The notes beneath the pieces are model-generated. The model saw only the letters and a program-made list of their open reading frames with translations, did not search any database and was not told the DNA's origin. The translations under genes and the position numbers were made by a program. This document shows positions 37,890 to 47,395 of a stretch of 64,000 nt of DNA, piece after piece. Every line of letters begins with the position of its first letter. Positions within the stretch are counted from its first letter, which is position 1. Location: sequence record PV800129.1; one strand, written 5' to 3'. This DNA is from Pseudomonas phage TIETA.

Positions 37890-38323
37890 CCAGTCTAGCT
37901 ACATATGTTATCCGCCACAAAAAGACCAAAGAGCTTTGGACCACTCCTAAAGGAAAGCGGCAATGGACCACGAAAGGAGGGGCAGCCCGAGCTTGGAGAA
38001 ACGCATATGAGAGTACTACACTAGGAGCGTACTATGCTAAAAGAGATATGGAACGGTGGCCTGACCTGAACATTCCTTTGATAGTAGGGGCCGCTCCCGC
38101 ACGTCTGGCCGGCTGGGAAGCAGCATCTTTTAAAAACCAATCAGCTTTCGAGATTGTTGATATTGCTGAATCCCTGAAGCACGAAAGCCAGTTGGTGCTC
38201 GATCTACTGAAAGATGTTATTGGGTTCGAAGTGCCAGACCACATCGGAGACGGATATGTCCGACTCACCATTAAAACGTCCACATACGACGATATCATCA
38301 AACTACTGAAGGAGGCAAAATGA
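37886..38323 (+). CDS. hypothetical protein
   Basis: 145 aa from ATG 37886 (RBS GGAGGAG, ATGA overlap); ORF track starts at GTG 37862. Confidence 0.45.
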   Translation: MTSLATYVIRHKKTKELWTTPKGKRQWTTKGGAARAWRNAYESTTLGAYYAKRDMERWPDLNIPLIVGAAPARLAGWEAASFKNQSAFEIVDIAESLKHESQLVLDLLKDVIGFEVPDHIGDGYVRLTIKTSTYDDIIKLLKEAK

Positions 38324-38487
38324 GCATGACTGACCCCCGAGCGTATTTCATCAAACAGGAGCTGGAGGAAGCAACGAAGCTTCTAGAAAGAGCCCTCAAC
38401 CTTCTAGATAACGTCCATTGCTACGATACAGATGTATACGAGGACATTGCAGCATTCCTCTACGGTCAAGAGTGTGAGGAGGAATAA
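38320..38487 (+). CDS. small acidic protein, paralog 1 (YDTDVYEDIAAFLYGQ)
   Basis: 55 aa, ATGA-coupled; paralogous to 38489..38671. Confidence 0.35.
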   Translation: MSMTDPRAYFIKQELEEATKLLERALNLLDNVHCYDTDVYEDIAAFLYGQECEEE

Positions 38488-38488
38488 G

Positions 38489-38671
38489 GTGCAGCGCGAT
38501 ATTAGTAAAACTATAGCAGAACTTCGGGACTTGATCGAAGCTGTCTCTATGCTCGACGAGGCCTTGGTTATGATGCAGAAAAACGGACTATATGATACGG
38601 ACTTGTACAAACGTATCGATGCATTTTTGTATTATCAACCGGGCGAGGGCGAGTGGGAGGAAGTAGAATGA
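38489..38671 (+). CDS. small acidic protein, paralog 2 (YDTDLYKRIDAFLYYQ)
   Basis: 60 aa from GTG 38489 after RBS GAGGAGG. Confidence 0.35.
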   Translation: MQRDISKTIAELRDLIEAVSMLDEALVMMQKNGLYDTDLYKRIDAFLYYQPGEGEWEEVE

Positions 38672-39447
38672 GCAGCAAGAAACACTTTGTAATCTCTGAT
38701 ACACAATGCAAGCCGGGTATCAGTCTGGATTACATGGAAGCCATCGGTAAATATATCGTGGCAAAACGTCCCGATGTTGTGATTCACATCGGGGACCACT
38801 TTGACCTAGCTAGCCTGTCATCCTACGATAAGGGTAAGCGCTCCTCTGAGGGCCGTAGATACGCCGAAGACGTTCAAGTCGGACGTGAGGGTCTGGATCG
38901 GCTGCTTAAGCCTCTGTGGGAGCTACAGGAGCGTCAACGGGCTAATCGGAAGAAGGTGTACCAACCTCGGTTGATTTTCACACTGGGCAACCACGAAGAG
39001 CGGGCTGATCGAGCAGCGAACGATAACCCTGAGTTGTATGGCACCGTTGGGAGTGAGGAGCTTGGGATTCAGGACTACGGTTTTGAGGTTGTCCCGTTCC
39101 TCAAGCCTATCGAAGTGGATGGCATCTACTACGTCCACTACCTGCAAAACCACTTCACTGGCAAGCCACTAGGTGGTACAGCGAACAACATGCTCAAGGC
39201 TGCCGGTCATTCGTTTGTCATGGGCCACCGTCAGCTTCTGGACTGGGCGATCCATCCTACAATTGATGGCAAACAAAGGCTTGGCATTGTGACTGGAGCG
39301 TGCTATCCTCACGACGAGGCTTACAAAGGCTATCAAGGCAACAATCACTTCCGTGGCTGCGTGATGATTCACGAAGTGAAAGATGGTTTCGGCCTTCCAA
39401 TGCCAGTGAGTCTAGACTTTATGATGGAGAAAGGAGGCTTCAAATGA
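38653..39447 (+). CDS. Ser/Thr protein phosphatase-like metallophosphoesterase
   Basis: 264 aa; calcineurin-like motifs VIHIGDHFD and TLGNHEER. Confidence 0.7.
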   Translation: MGGSRMSSKKHFVISDTQCKPGISLDYMEAIGKYIVAKRPDVVIHIGDHFDLASLSSYDKGKRSSEGRRYAEDVQVGREGLDRLLKPLWELQERQRANRKKVYQPRLIFTLGNHEERADRAANDNPELYGTVGSEELGIQDYGFEVVPFLKPIEVDGIYYVHYLQNHFTGKPLGGTANNMLKAAGHSFVMGHRQLLDWAIHPTIDGKQRLGIVTGACYPHDEAYKGYQGNNHFRGCVMIHEVKDGFGLPMPVSLDFMMEKGGFK

Positions 39448-39626
39448 CAGTTTATAAGTTCTGGTGTGAATGGGATATCGGTATCAATGAGTGCCTGTGG
39501 CGAGACTACTACCAGATGGAAGAAGATGTAGTTAAAGCCTTGTCAGACTGCGGGATTGATGATACTATTGAGGAACTGGAGGACGCAGGCCTGCTGGGCT
39601 TCGACTCTGTTAAAGTTATCGGCTAA
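39444..39626 (+). CDS. hypothetical small protein
   Basis: 60 aa, ATGA-coupled. Confidence 0.35.
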   Translation: MTVYKFWCEWDIGINECLWRDYYQMEEDVVKALSDCGIDDTIEELEDAGLLGFDSVKVIG

Positions 39627-39645
39627 TTAGGTAATAGGAGGGCAT

Positions 39646-39855
39646 ATGGCTGAGTTTTTCCTTGGGGCGGCCATTGCAGGCTTGTTCTTTATGTTTAGTA
39701 TCACTGCGAGCTTTACCGCCGAAGATATTGAGAAAGTGACTTCAACATGCGAGAATAACGAAGGCGTCAAGTATTTCGGAGTTGACTTCTTCGGAGACGG
39801 TGCTGTACACTGCAACAGCGGCGCTATTTTCAAAATCGACCGCAAATCTAAATAA
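39646..39855 (+). CDS. small membrane protein
   Basis: 69 aa, N-terminal TM helix; RBS AGGAGGG. Confidence 0.4.
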   Translation: MAEFFLGAAIAGLFFMFSITASFTAEDIEKVTSTCENNEGVKYFGVDFFGDGAVHCNSGAIFKIDRKSK

Positions 39856-39874
39856 TCGAAAAGGAGATATAAAA

Positions 39875-40210
39875 ATGACTGATTTCAACATCACCCCGGA
39901 ACAAATGGAAGAAGCAATGGCAGGTATGAACCCGGAGCAGCGGGCTCTGGTAGAGAAAGCCTTGACCGACCGTAAGTCTCTGGAAGATTCCATCGTGACC
40001 GAGGACGGTGAACTGGACTATGGCATGCTTGCACGACACATCCGCACCAGCTTGGGCGACCTGCCTATGGTGATGGGTGGCCCTGACTTCCTGAAACTGA
40101 TGATTCTGGTTGCATCTATGCCTCAGACTAAGGACGATCTCATGACCCTGCACATGAACCTGTCCTTCATTCTGGACTGCATTCGTGAATCGATTAGCGA
40201 CGAGGAGTAA
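39875..40210 (+). CDS. hypothetical protein
   Basis: 111 aa; RBS AAGGAGA. Confidence 0.45.
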   Translation: MTDFNITPEQMEEAMAGMNPEQRALVEKALTDRKSLEDSIVTEDGELDYGMLARHIRTSLGDLPMVMGGPDFLKLMILVASMPQTKDDLMTLHMNLSFILDCIRESISDEE

Positions 40211-40213
40211 CAA

Positions 40214-40429
40214 GTGGAAGAGATTGTAAAAGACGAGGCTGCCCTCTCTGAAGACGATCTCATGGTTGACTCGGCAGGGCTTGATGCCCTGCTGGCGTTC
40301 CTAGAGAGTCAATTCAAGGGTCCGCAAGGAGTGTTGAAGGGTTACATCACTATGCGGGTGATGTGTGCTAAAATCGAGAGCCTAGAAGGGTTCCAAGAGC
40401 TTAAGGATATGGAGGTGAACTTTGAGTAA
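40214..40429 (+). CDS. hypothetical protein (GTG start)
   Basis: 71 aa; RBS GAGGAG. Confidence 0.4.
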   Translation: MEEIVKDEAALSEDDLMVDSAGLDALLAFLESQFKGPQGVLKGYITMRVMCAKIESLEGFQELKDMEVNFE

Positions 40430-41372
40430 CGATATCATCGACGTTCATGCTGGGCAACCGATTTCTCTGGTGCAACGGTCAAAGAATCCTATCAATATTC
40501 AATATTGGGACGCCGATACCATCCCTTACGGCACAGTCTTGGTTGTTACCGAGAAAAGGGGTGATATACGAAAGGGAGAATTGGTCGTAAGGCTGGCTAG
40601 TAGTGCAGATGATGAGCACTCTGTTAGGGTATGTAGATTCTCTGATTTCTTCCTCCTAATGGAGAGGGGCTACAACTCAGCTAGCCTTAGCGACGTTAGT
40701 CAAGCGTATGACGTTCTGTTCGAAGACCCTCCGGCGACTACCTTTGTCAACTGGGATCGGGCTCAGCCTTTGACAAACAGTGAGCGCTACTACGGAGACT
40801 TTCTGATTGGCGGCGACCCTAAAGGGATGCCACTATTCAACATGGCTGTTCTTAAAAATGTTCTGTCGCCTTACACTGCCGACGATGAGGAACTTTCAGC
40901 TATGTCTGGGAATCCCGAGACAGTAGAGCACAAAGAAGTTGACGAACTAAGTGAGAGGGACGAGGCTTTAGCCGAGGTCGACAGACTCAATGAAGAGCTT
41001 GTTGCACTGGGTAAGAAGGTTGTGTTCGCCAACCTAGAAGATTACCTAGGCAAAGAAAACTATGCCACATTGGAAGCTATGGCTAACCACAAGGAGGCTG
41101 TAGGTAGCGGAGGCTCCTCTAGTTACTACACTGTCAAGGTGAACAACCCCACTACGAAGGCTAACATGCCGTATTTTGCAGAGTGCAACGATATCATCGA
41201 AGCGCTGGATATGCGATTCGGTCAAGGCAACATGTTCAAAGCGTTGTGGCGGGCTGCGGCAGCACAGAACCTAGGCAAGCTGAAGGCCGGTAACGATGTT
41301 ATCCGGGACTACGAGAAAGTCATCTTCTTCGCTCAGTTGGAGATCGATAAGATTCTCAGAGAAAGGGGTTGA
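40422..41372 (+). CDS. hypothetical protein
   Basis: 316 aa, unknown function. Confidence 0.5.
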   Translation: MSNDIIDVHAGQPISLVQRSKNPINIQYWDADTIPYGTVLVVTEKRGDIRKGELVVRLASSADDEHSVRVCRFSDFFLLMERGYNSASLSDVSQAYDVLFEDPPATTFVNWDRAQPLTNSERYYGDFLIGGDPKGMPLFNMAVLKNVLSPYTADDEELSAMSGNPETVEHKEVDELSERDEALAEVDRLNEELVALGKKVVFANLEDYLGKENYATLEAMANHKEAVGSGGSSSYYTVKVNNPTTKANMPYFAECNDIIEALDMRFGQGNMFKALWRAAAAQNLGKLKAGNDVIRDYEKVIFFAQLEIDKILRERG

Positions 41373-41397
41373 CATTCTCCCCGAGGCTTGCGATAAT
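41369..41397 (+). promoter_or_regulatory. sigma70-type promoter
   Basis: TTGACA-17-GATAAT. Confidence 0.5.
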
Positions 41398-41528
41398 AGG
41401 CTCCAAGTTGAAACGAAGGAGGTATGTAGATATGATCCAGAAAGTAAAACAGAAGCTTATGATGGTGCATCCTATCCTCGCTAGCGAGATCGTCTGGTGC
41501 CTCACCTTCGCAATGCTTCAATAAGATA

Positions 41529-41550
41529 AGGGAGCTTCGGCTCCCTTTAT
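41529..41550 (+). terminator. rho-independent terminator (UUCG tetraloop)
   Basis: GGGAGC-TTCG-GCTCCC + TTTATT. Confidence 0.55.
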
Positions 41551-41578
41551 TGTATCAAAGATTTAATAAGGAGAGTTT

Positions 41579-42544
41579 ATGCAAATTTCTGCAAAAGTGA
41601 TTCAACACAGTTCCCGGATCGGCCTAGGTACGAAGAATCACAGATTCATCACTACATTCGAACTGGAGTATCCTCGGTTTATTCACAGTGAGCTTATGAC
41701 TCACCGACTTTTTAGTCGAAATGCTGCAAGTAGTCGTGCCATTCCCGTTGCCCATATGATCCGACAGGTGGAAGAGAATCCTGCGATGCCTGTTCACTGG
41801 GGAATGAATCAACCGGGTATGCAAGCTGAGTTCGAACTGAGTGAGTGTTTGCAGCGTAGCTCTCAGTACCTGTGGAAGAAGGCTGCAAAGAGTGCGGCTC
41901 GGATCGCTAGCGCACTAAATAAAATGGGACTCCACAAGCAGGTGGTTAACCGTCTCCTTGAGCCGTTCCAGATGATGAAGACCGTTGTTACAGCCACGGA
42001 ACTAGATAACTTCTTCTACCTGCGTTGCCATAAAGACGCACAACCGGAGATCAAGGTTCTCGCTGAGAAAATGTATGAGGCTCTTATTAAAGCGGGCCCG
42101 GCAGAGGCTCTATATGATGGAGAGTGGCATGTTCCCTATGTGACTCGGTTCCGCATAGGGGATGGTAAGCTGCGTTACGCAGATTGCAACGGGCAAGAAC
42201 TCAGCGTAGAGGATGCTATCAAGGTGTCTGCTAGCTGCTGTGCTCAGGTTAGCTATAGGAAGAACGACGAGACTCTGGAGAAAGCTCTTGTAATCTACAA
42301 CCGATTGGTAGATACTAAGCCCGTTCACGCTAGCCCGTTCGAACACCAAGCAACGCCGATGTTGGAACCTCACTTCTGGTGCGGGGATTGTCAACAACAG
42401 CCGGATTGGGAGGATGGCGTAACGCACGCGGATCGCGATGGGAATTTCTGGTCTGGTAACTTCCGAGGTTTCATCCAACATCGTCAACTAATTAAAGGGC
42501 ACGTATGTAATGAGTACTACGGCCAAGAAGAGGAAGGAGTTTAA
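41579..42544 (+). CDS. thyX: flavin-dependent thymidylate synthase
   Basis: 321 aa; ThyX signature THRLFSRNAASSRA (RHRxxxxxSxR-like); RBS AAGGAGAG. Confidence 0.65.
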   Translation: MQISAKVIQHSSRIGLGTKNHRFITTFELEYPRFIHSELMTHRLFSRNAASSRAIPVAHMIRQVEENPAMPVHWGMNQPGMQAEFELSECLQRSSQYLWKKAAKSAARIASALNKMGLHKQVVNRLLEPFQMMKTVVTATELDNFFYLRCHKDAQPEIKVLAEKMYEALIKAGPAEALYDGEWHVPYVTRFRIGDGKLRYADCNGQELSVEDAIKVSASCCAQVSYRKNDETLEKALVIYNRLVDTKPVHASPFEHQATPMLEPHFWCGDCQQQPDWEDGVTHADRDGNFWSGNFRGFIQHRQLIKGHVCNEYYGQEEEGV

Positions 42545-42546
42545 AA

Positions 42547-42891
42547 ATGGCAGAATATAACCTGAGTCTGGAAGACCTCATGCTGGTCGATGGCTTCAAA
42601 GAGGCGTTCCAGAGTAACAATGAGAAGGTAGTAAGGGAGCATCTGTGGACTAACGGCATGGATGTTAAAAACTACTCGTATGAAATGGTTTTCTGTCAGC
42701 ATCGCACCCTGATTGGCCGAGTCGTAGAGGGTCTACGATTCTCTGGCTTTGAGCGTACAGACAAGGAGTGGCTGAGCCTCGGTTGCGCCTCTCTGGAAGC
42801 TCATATTGCAGCGTGTGATGATAGTAATCTACGGTTCACTCTTCGTAAGATGCGACCAGAGGGATCGACAGAGGCAACGTTCCACAATTAA
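42547..42891 (+). CDS. hypothetical protein
   Basis: 114 aa. Confidence 0.45.
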   Translation: MAEYNLSLEDLMLVDGFKEAFQSNNEKVVREHLWTNGMDVKNYSYEMVFCQHRTLIGRVVEGLRFSGFERTDKEWLSLGCASLEAHIAACDDSNLRFTLRKMRPEGSTEATFHN

Positions 42892-42907
42892 TGCAGTAGG
42901 AGTAGAT

Positions 42908-43954
42908 ATGGAAGTTACAAAGGCTCTCGTAGATGAGGCCGATATTTTCAATAAGATCACACAAATCAGGACTCCAACGGAGTCCTATGCCCGGAAATAT
43001 CCGGTCATTGTCGAACTAGCAAACCAGCAACTAGAAGAGAAGTTGTGGTTCTCTAGCGAAATGAAGGTAGAGCTGGATAAGTTGAACCTGAAGTTTAAGT
43101 TGGAACCTCATCAGCTTCACGCTGTAAAGACTGTCCTTCAACTGTTCCTCAAATACGAACTGATCGTAGGCGAGGAGTTTTGGATGGGTAAAGTAGTCCG
43201 AACGTTCCCTCGCCCAGAGGTTAAACTAGCGGCTTCGATCCTGTGCATGATGGAATTGGCAGTCCACGCTGAATTCTACAACCAGATCAACGTAGTGCTG
43301 GGGATGGATACAGATGCCGACTACGTGGCGTACAAGGATGACCCGGAGCTTATGGGACGTATGGAGTGGCTTGAGTCTGTGCTAGGCGACGAAGACGATG
43401 TTCTTTCGGTAATTATCTTCAGCCTAACAGAGACCGCCCTTCTGTTCAGTTCCTTCGCTATCTTGAAGAGTTTCCAGTGCAACGGGTACAACGATATCCC
43501 TGTGATCGCACGCGGGGCTAACCAGAGTGCTGTGGATGAAGACTTGCACGGTGTAGTTTCGGCTGAGATCATCAACCAATACTACGCAGAGATTGGTCGA
43601 CCATTGTCTGAAGATACTCGGCGTGTCGAGAAGATTCGACAAGCTATCGACAATGTATATGCTCATGAATGTCGTATTGTCGATATGGCGATCCCGGGCG
43701 GAGAACTTAACGGCGAGTCGGCTGAAAACTATAAAGCGTTTGTTCGTTATCGTTTGAACGTATGGTGCCGTCGTCTGGGTCTGGAAGATCATTTCGAGAA
43801 CGATGACACTCCGATCAAAGATTGGTTCGAAATGAACACGTACGCTTACAAAATGATTGACTTCTTTACTCCGGGAATGGGCATGGAGTACGAACTGGGG
43901 TGGGATGAAGAGGAACTAGCAAAGGCTTGGGAAGAGGAGCTGAAATATGAGTAA
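42908..43954 (+). CDS. nrdB: ribonucleotide reductase class I beta subunit (ferritin-like)
   Basis: about 348 aa from ATG 42908 (RBS AGGAG); ferritin-like EFY/ExxH-type residues; directly upstream of the alpha subunit. Confidence 0.6.
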   Translation: MEVTKALVDEADIFNKITQIRTPTESYARKYPVIVELANQQLEEKLWFSSEMKVELDKLNLKFKLEPHQLHAVKTVLQLFLKYELIVGEEFWMGKVVRTFPRPEVKLAASILCMMELAVHAEFYNQINVVLGMDTDADYVAYKDDPELMGRMEWLESVLGDEDDVLSVIIFSLTETALLFSSFAILKSFQCNGYNDIPVIARGANQSAVDEDLHGVVSAEIINQYYAEIGRPLSEDTRRVEKIRQAIDNVYAHECRIVDMAIPGGELNGESAENYKAFVRYRLNVWCRRLGLEDHFENDDTPIKDWFEMNTYAYKMIDFFTPGMGMEYELGWDEEELAKAWEEELKYE

Positions 43955-45692
43955 GAGAGACACATTCAACTATTCCGAAGCTAGGAAAAACAGTCAAGCA
44001 GCAGGAGAGACTCCTCTGTGGTATACGACGGCTGGCTACCAGTTGTTCATGAAGAAATATTCAAATGAGGGAGAGTCTGTTCGCTCTCGTTTTGAGACTG
44101 TAGCCAGAGCTATGGCTCAGCACGCCCCTACGGTGTATCCTGAGTGGTGGGAGGAGGACGAATACACTAGAGGCAAGGACTGGGAACAGGTATTCTTCGA
44201 CGTTATGTGGGACGGTTTTGTAAGCCCATCCACTCCGCTTCTGTCGAACGGTGGGCTCCGCAAGAAGGGCACTACGGTATCCTGTGCAGGCGGGTTGATG
44301 GACAACAACCTCTATGACCGTTACAATGTAATGACGGAGATCGCAGTGCTAACGAAGCACAGCCATGGCACAAGCTTTAGCCTGACCAACTGGCCATCAG
44401 AAGGAGACGCTATCCGAGGCGGTGAGTCTCAAGGTGTGATGCCTGTCATTCGGGACGTTATCAACGTCATGGAAGAGGTAGCACAGGGTTCTAGGCGTGG
44501 TAGCTGTGCATACAGCATCAACCCCCGCCATGGAGACTTCTGGAACGTTATCGATCACCTGTATAAGCGCACAGAGTCGAACAACGTCGGATGGCTTCTA
44601 GACGACCAGTGGTGCAGGGATATGGCCGAGAAAGACCCGGAGACCTTGAAGCGATGGAAGCGAATGATGTTCGTCAAGCTGGCCAGAGGAAAAGGCTACT
44701 TCACGTTTATCGATAAGATGAATCGGCACCTTGCAGAACCGTTTAAGCGGGCGGGTCTACGCTGCGAAGCGTCCAACCTTTGTCAAGAGACTGTTCTCCC
44801 GGCAAACGACTGGTATACTTTTAGCTGCGTTATCCTGAACTACAACCTCGAACTTTACCGTTCTTGGCCTAAGCACCTTGTGTTTATTGGTCAGGTTATG
44901 TCTGATTGCAACATCAGCGAATACCTAGCAACCATGGATGAGGTCAGCGTTCAGGACCGCCGAGCACTGGAGAAGATTTACCGATTCACCAAGGACTTCA
45001 GGGCGCTTGGCAGCGGTGTTCTAGGGTTCCACACCCTGCTACAGCGGGAGCGATTCCCGGTCGGTAGTATGGATGCTATGTTCCTGAACAACGCCATCTT
45101 CAAGGGTATGAAGGAGCAAGCGGAAGCTTGTAACAGTTGGCTAGCTGAGGTTCTAGGGGAGCCAGAGGGCTGCCGTGGACTAGGGAAGCGTAATGCCACT
45201 ACAATGATGATGCCGCCAACTAAATCGACGGCAGAACTCATGGCTGGGGCTTCTGAGGGCATCGGACTGGACGTTGCTATGTGCTTCACCAAGCAGAGCG
45301 CTGGAGGTGAATTCTTCCGTGTCAACAAGGTGTTGCTGGAGATTATCCAAGAGCGAGGCCTCGATTGGGAAGAGTGTGCAAGGCAGATTAACGAACGTAA
45401 AGGGAGTGTTCAGCACGTAGACTGGCTGACAGATCACGAAAAGGCTGTGTTCCGTACTGCCTTCGAGGTGAGAATGGAAGACTACCTGCGTCTGTGCTCT
45501 CAGCGGCAGAAGTACATCGACCAAGGGCAGTCGATCAACCTCTACTTCACGTCGAACGACTCGCCGGCTTACATTTCGTACATCCATCGTCTGGCCATGG
45601 AAGACCCTAACATCCTGTCGCTATACTACATCTATAGTATGCGAGGTGCTGGGGATATCTCTAGAACAGAAGAATGTGAAATGTGCATGTAA
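43947..45692 (+). CDS. nrdA: ribonucleotide reductase class I alpha subunit (compact, no ATP-cone)
   Basis: 581 aa; active-site motif EASNLCQE (SNLC as in E. coli NrdA C439); C-terminal CxxC pair (ECEMCM). Confidence 0.65.
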   Translation: MSKRDTFNYSEARKNSQAAGETPLWYTTAGYQLFMKKYSNEGESVRSRFETVARAMAQHAPTVYPEWWEEDEYTRGKDWEQVFFDVMWDGFVSPSTPLLSNGGLRKKGTTVSCAGGLMDNNLYDRYNVMTEIAVLTKHSHGTSFSLTNWPSEGDAIRGGESQGVMPVIRDVINVMEEVAQGSRRGSCAYSINPRHGDFWNVIDHLYKRTESNNVGWLLDDQWCRDMAEKDPETLKRWKRMMFVKLARGKGYFTFIDKMNRHLAEPFKRAGLRCEASNLCQETVLPANDWYTFSCVILNYNLELYRSWPKHLVFIGQVMSDCNISEYLATMDEVSVQDRRALEKIYRFTKDFRALGSGVLGFHTLLQRERFPVGSMDAMFLNNAIFKGMKEQAEACNSWLAEVLGEPEGCRGLGKRNATTMMMPPTKSTAELMAGASEGIGLDVAMCFTKQSAGGEFFRVNKVLLEIIQERGLDWEECARQINERKGSVQHVDWLTDHEKAVFRTAFEVRMEDYLRLCSQRQKYIDQGQSINLYFTSNDSPAYISYIHRLAMEDPNILSLYYIYSMRGAGDISRTEECEMCM

Positions 45693-45709
45693 AATCATTG
45701 GCCCGGGGC

Positions 45710-45738
45710 TTGACAGCTTCCGGGCCTTTGTGTATTCT
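45710..45738 (+). promoter_or_regulatory. sigma70-type promoter with the -35 in the loop of a hairpin (GGCCCGG...CCGGGCC)
   Basis: TTGACA-17-TATTCT; GGCCCGGGGC-TTGACAGCTTCC-GGGCC could act as both terminator and promoter. Confidence 0.45.
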
Positions 45739-45766
45739 GAGCCCATCAAAACAAGGAGGGACTAAA

Positions 45767-45913
45767 ATGAACAAATTCTCTGAAGTGTACTACACTTGGA
45801 GCGCAGCGTGCTCTCGTACAAATATCTTGATAGATATGGGATGGACTGCTACAATCCGTCGAGACTTCACTGGCGGGATCAACCCTGTATGGGTTGTGGA
45901 GTTCACGCGATGA
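45767..45913 (+). CDS. small protein
   Basis: 48 aa; RBS AAGGAGGG. Confidence 0.3.
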   Translation: MNKFSEVYYTWSAACSRTNILIDMGWTATIRRDFTGGINPVWVVEFTR

Positions 45914-46137
45914 ACATCAAACTCCGCAAAGAGTTCGATAAATGGTGGGGACAGGACGAGCAAGAAGAACTTCGTAAATCCTGTGCCAAAGGATGGGCGG
46001 AATATATCTGGATGGCTAGTCGAAGAAAAGTGAGTGTTGAGCTTCCCGCGCCAGAAGGCGGATTTATCGACATCCAAAAGTACACAATCAATCGCTGCAA
46101 AGAAGCTATCCGCGAAACAGGACTGGAGGTGTTTTAA
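45910..46137 (+). CDS. hypothetical protein
   Basis: 75 aa, ATGA-coupled. Confidence 0.4.
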   Translation: MNIKLRKEFDKWWGQDEQEELRKSCAKGWAEYIWMASRRKVSVELPAPEGGFIDIQKYTINRCKEAIRETGLEVF

Positions 46138-46370
46138 TGAAAGAATATTTTAAAAAGCGACTAATGCAGACCAGTGAACCGTTCGATTCAGCGACGCAAG
46201 CTATGGACGTAGCGATTGCGTGGGGAGGGGCTAAGTACTGCGAATTCACTTGCGTAACTGCGGATAATCGCATCATCAGCATCTGGGAGTACAATGACGT
46301 AGAGCCTGATAAACCGGTATTCAATGGACAGCAACGAATCTTAGTTCCAACTTTTGAGGAGGTAGTATAA
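46137..46370 (+). CDS. hypothetical protein
   Basis: 77 aa, TAATG-coupled. Confidence 0.4.
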   Translation: MKEYFKKRLMQTSEPFDSATQAMDVAIAWGGAKYCEFTCVTADNRIISIWEYNDVEPDKPVFNGQQRILVPTFEEVV

Positions 46371-46606
46371 TGGAACAAACTATTGATAAATCTCGGTATA
46401 TTGTGCTTGATAACGAAGGTCGGCACGTTCTGACCTTGTGCGAGAAGGCCGCCTATAACCTGCTTAAAGGCGTTCAGTGGACAAAGGACAAGCATGGTCA
46501 AATCCATGTAAATGGTGTCACAGGCGTTGAACTCGGAGTTCGTCAAGGGATTATCGCTGAAGTATTCCTGTATCCGGGCTACATCATCCTAGAAGAGGTA
46601 GACTAA
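46370..46606 (+). CDS. hypothetical protein
   Basis: 78 aa, coupled. Confidence 0.4.
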   Translation: MEQTIDKSRYIVLDNEGRHVLTLCEKAAYNLLKGVQWTKDKHGQIHVNGVTGVELGVRQGIIAEVFLYPGYIILEEVD

Positions 46607-46920
46607 TGGATATGTTCGATAAATACATGCAAGTTATGTATGACCGGGACGCTTTCTCAAGGCGAGTCGGTGAGTTAGAAAAAGAGGTAGCCGAACTCAA
46701 GGCTAAGGTGGCTATCGCTAAGTGTGATATGCGTGTCGTGAAAACCCTACTGGAAGATATCCAATGGGTGTATCAAGACGAAGCTATCTATACTCTACCG
46801 GGCTACGTTTGCCCTTGTTGCGGGGAATCTGCAAACTATGGGCATTTCCAAGGCAGCTTCGATAAGAGCCCCTGCCTACTAGCTTGTGTACTGAGCCGGA
46901 GTGAAGCATATGAAGCCTAA
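46606..46920 (+). CDS. hypothetical protein with C-terminal CPCC zinc-ribbon-like motif
   Basis: 104 aa. Confidence 0.4.
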   Translation: MDMFDKYMQVMYDRDAFSRRVGELEKEVAELKAKVAIAKCDMRVVKTLLEDIQWVYQDEAIYTLPGYVCPCCGESANYGHFQGSFDKSPCLLACVLSRSEAYEA

Positions 46921-47095
46921 TGTTGTAGACTCGCTAGGCATTAACATGTGCTACGCCTGCGGAGGTAAACTGTACGTCCGAGGAGTATGCACTATCTACT
47001 GCCCTGATTGCGAGAAGGCAACGAAAGATAAACCGTTCGTCAGGATGCAGCTTCTACAGGATATCGAAGACAGCAAGAGGGTTGACAACGAATAG
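46901..47095 (+). CDS. small zinc-ribbon protein
   Basis: 64 aa with CYACGG...CPDCEK. Confidence 0.4.
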   Translation: MKHMKPNVVDSLGINMCYACGGKLYVRGVCTIYCPDCEKATKDKPFVRMQLLQDIEDSKRVDNE

Positions 47096-47135
47096 AAGTG
47101 CTAGTAAGATGGCCACATCAGACAGAGGAGGAGCC

Positions 47136-47384
47136 ATGGCTACAACAGAGAAGATCATCGAGTATGTCTCGGCCTGTATCGAACGCTTGCAAGAGGACGT
47201 AACTGGGTACTCGGAGAACTTCCGTGACAGGGCGTTATCTAATCGCACAGGGTATATTCACGGGCTTATCACTATGGCTGAAATGAATGAGCAGGTGAGT
47301 ATCGAGGACTGCGACAAGCTCCGTGTAAAGCTTCGTGAAGCTGCTGAGGCTGTGTTGAACGTACTGGATTCCAAAATTAACTAG
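47136..47384 (+). CDS. hypothetical protein
   Basis: 82 aa from ATG 47136 after RBS GAGGAGG. Confidence 0.4.
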   Translation: MATTEKIIEYVSACIERLQEDVTGYSENFRDRALSNRTGYIHGLITMAEMNEQVSIEDCDKLRVKLREAAEAVLNVLDSKIN

Positions 47385-47395
47385 GAGGTGTTCTG

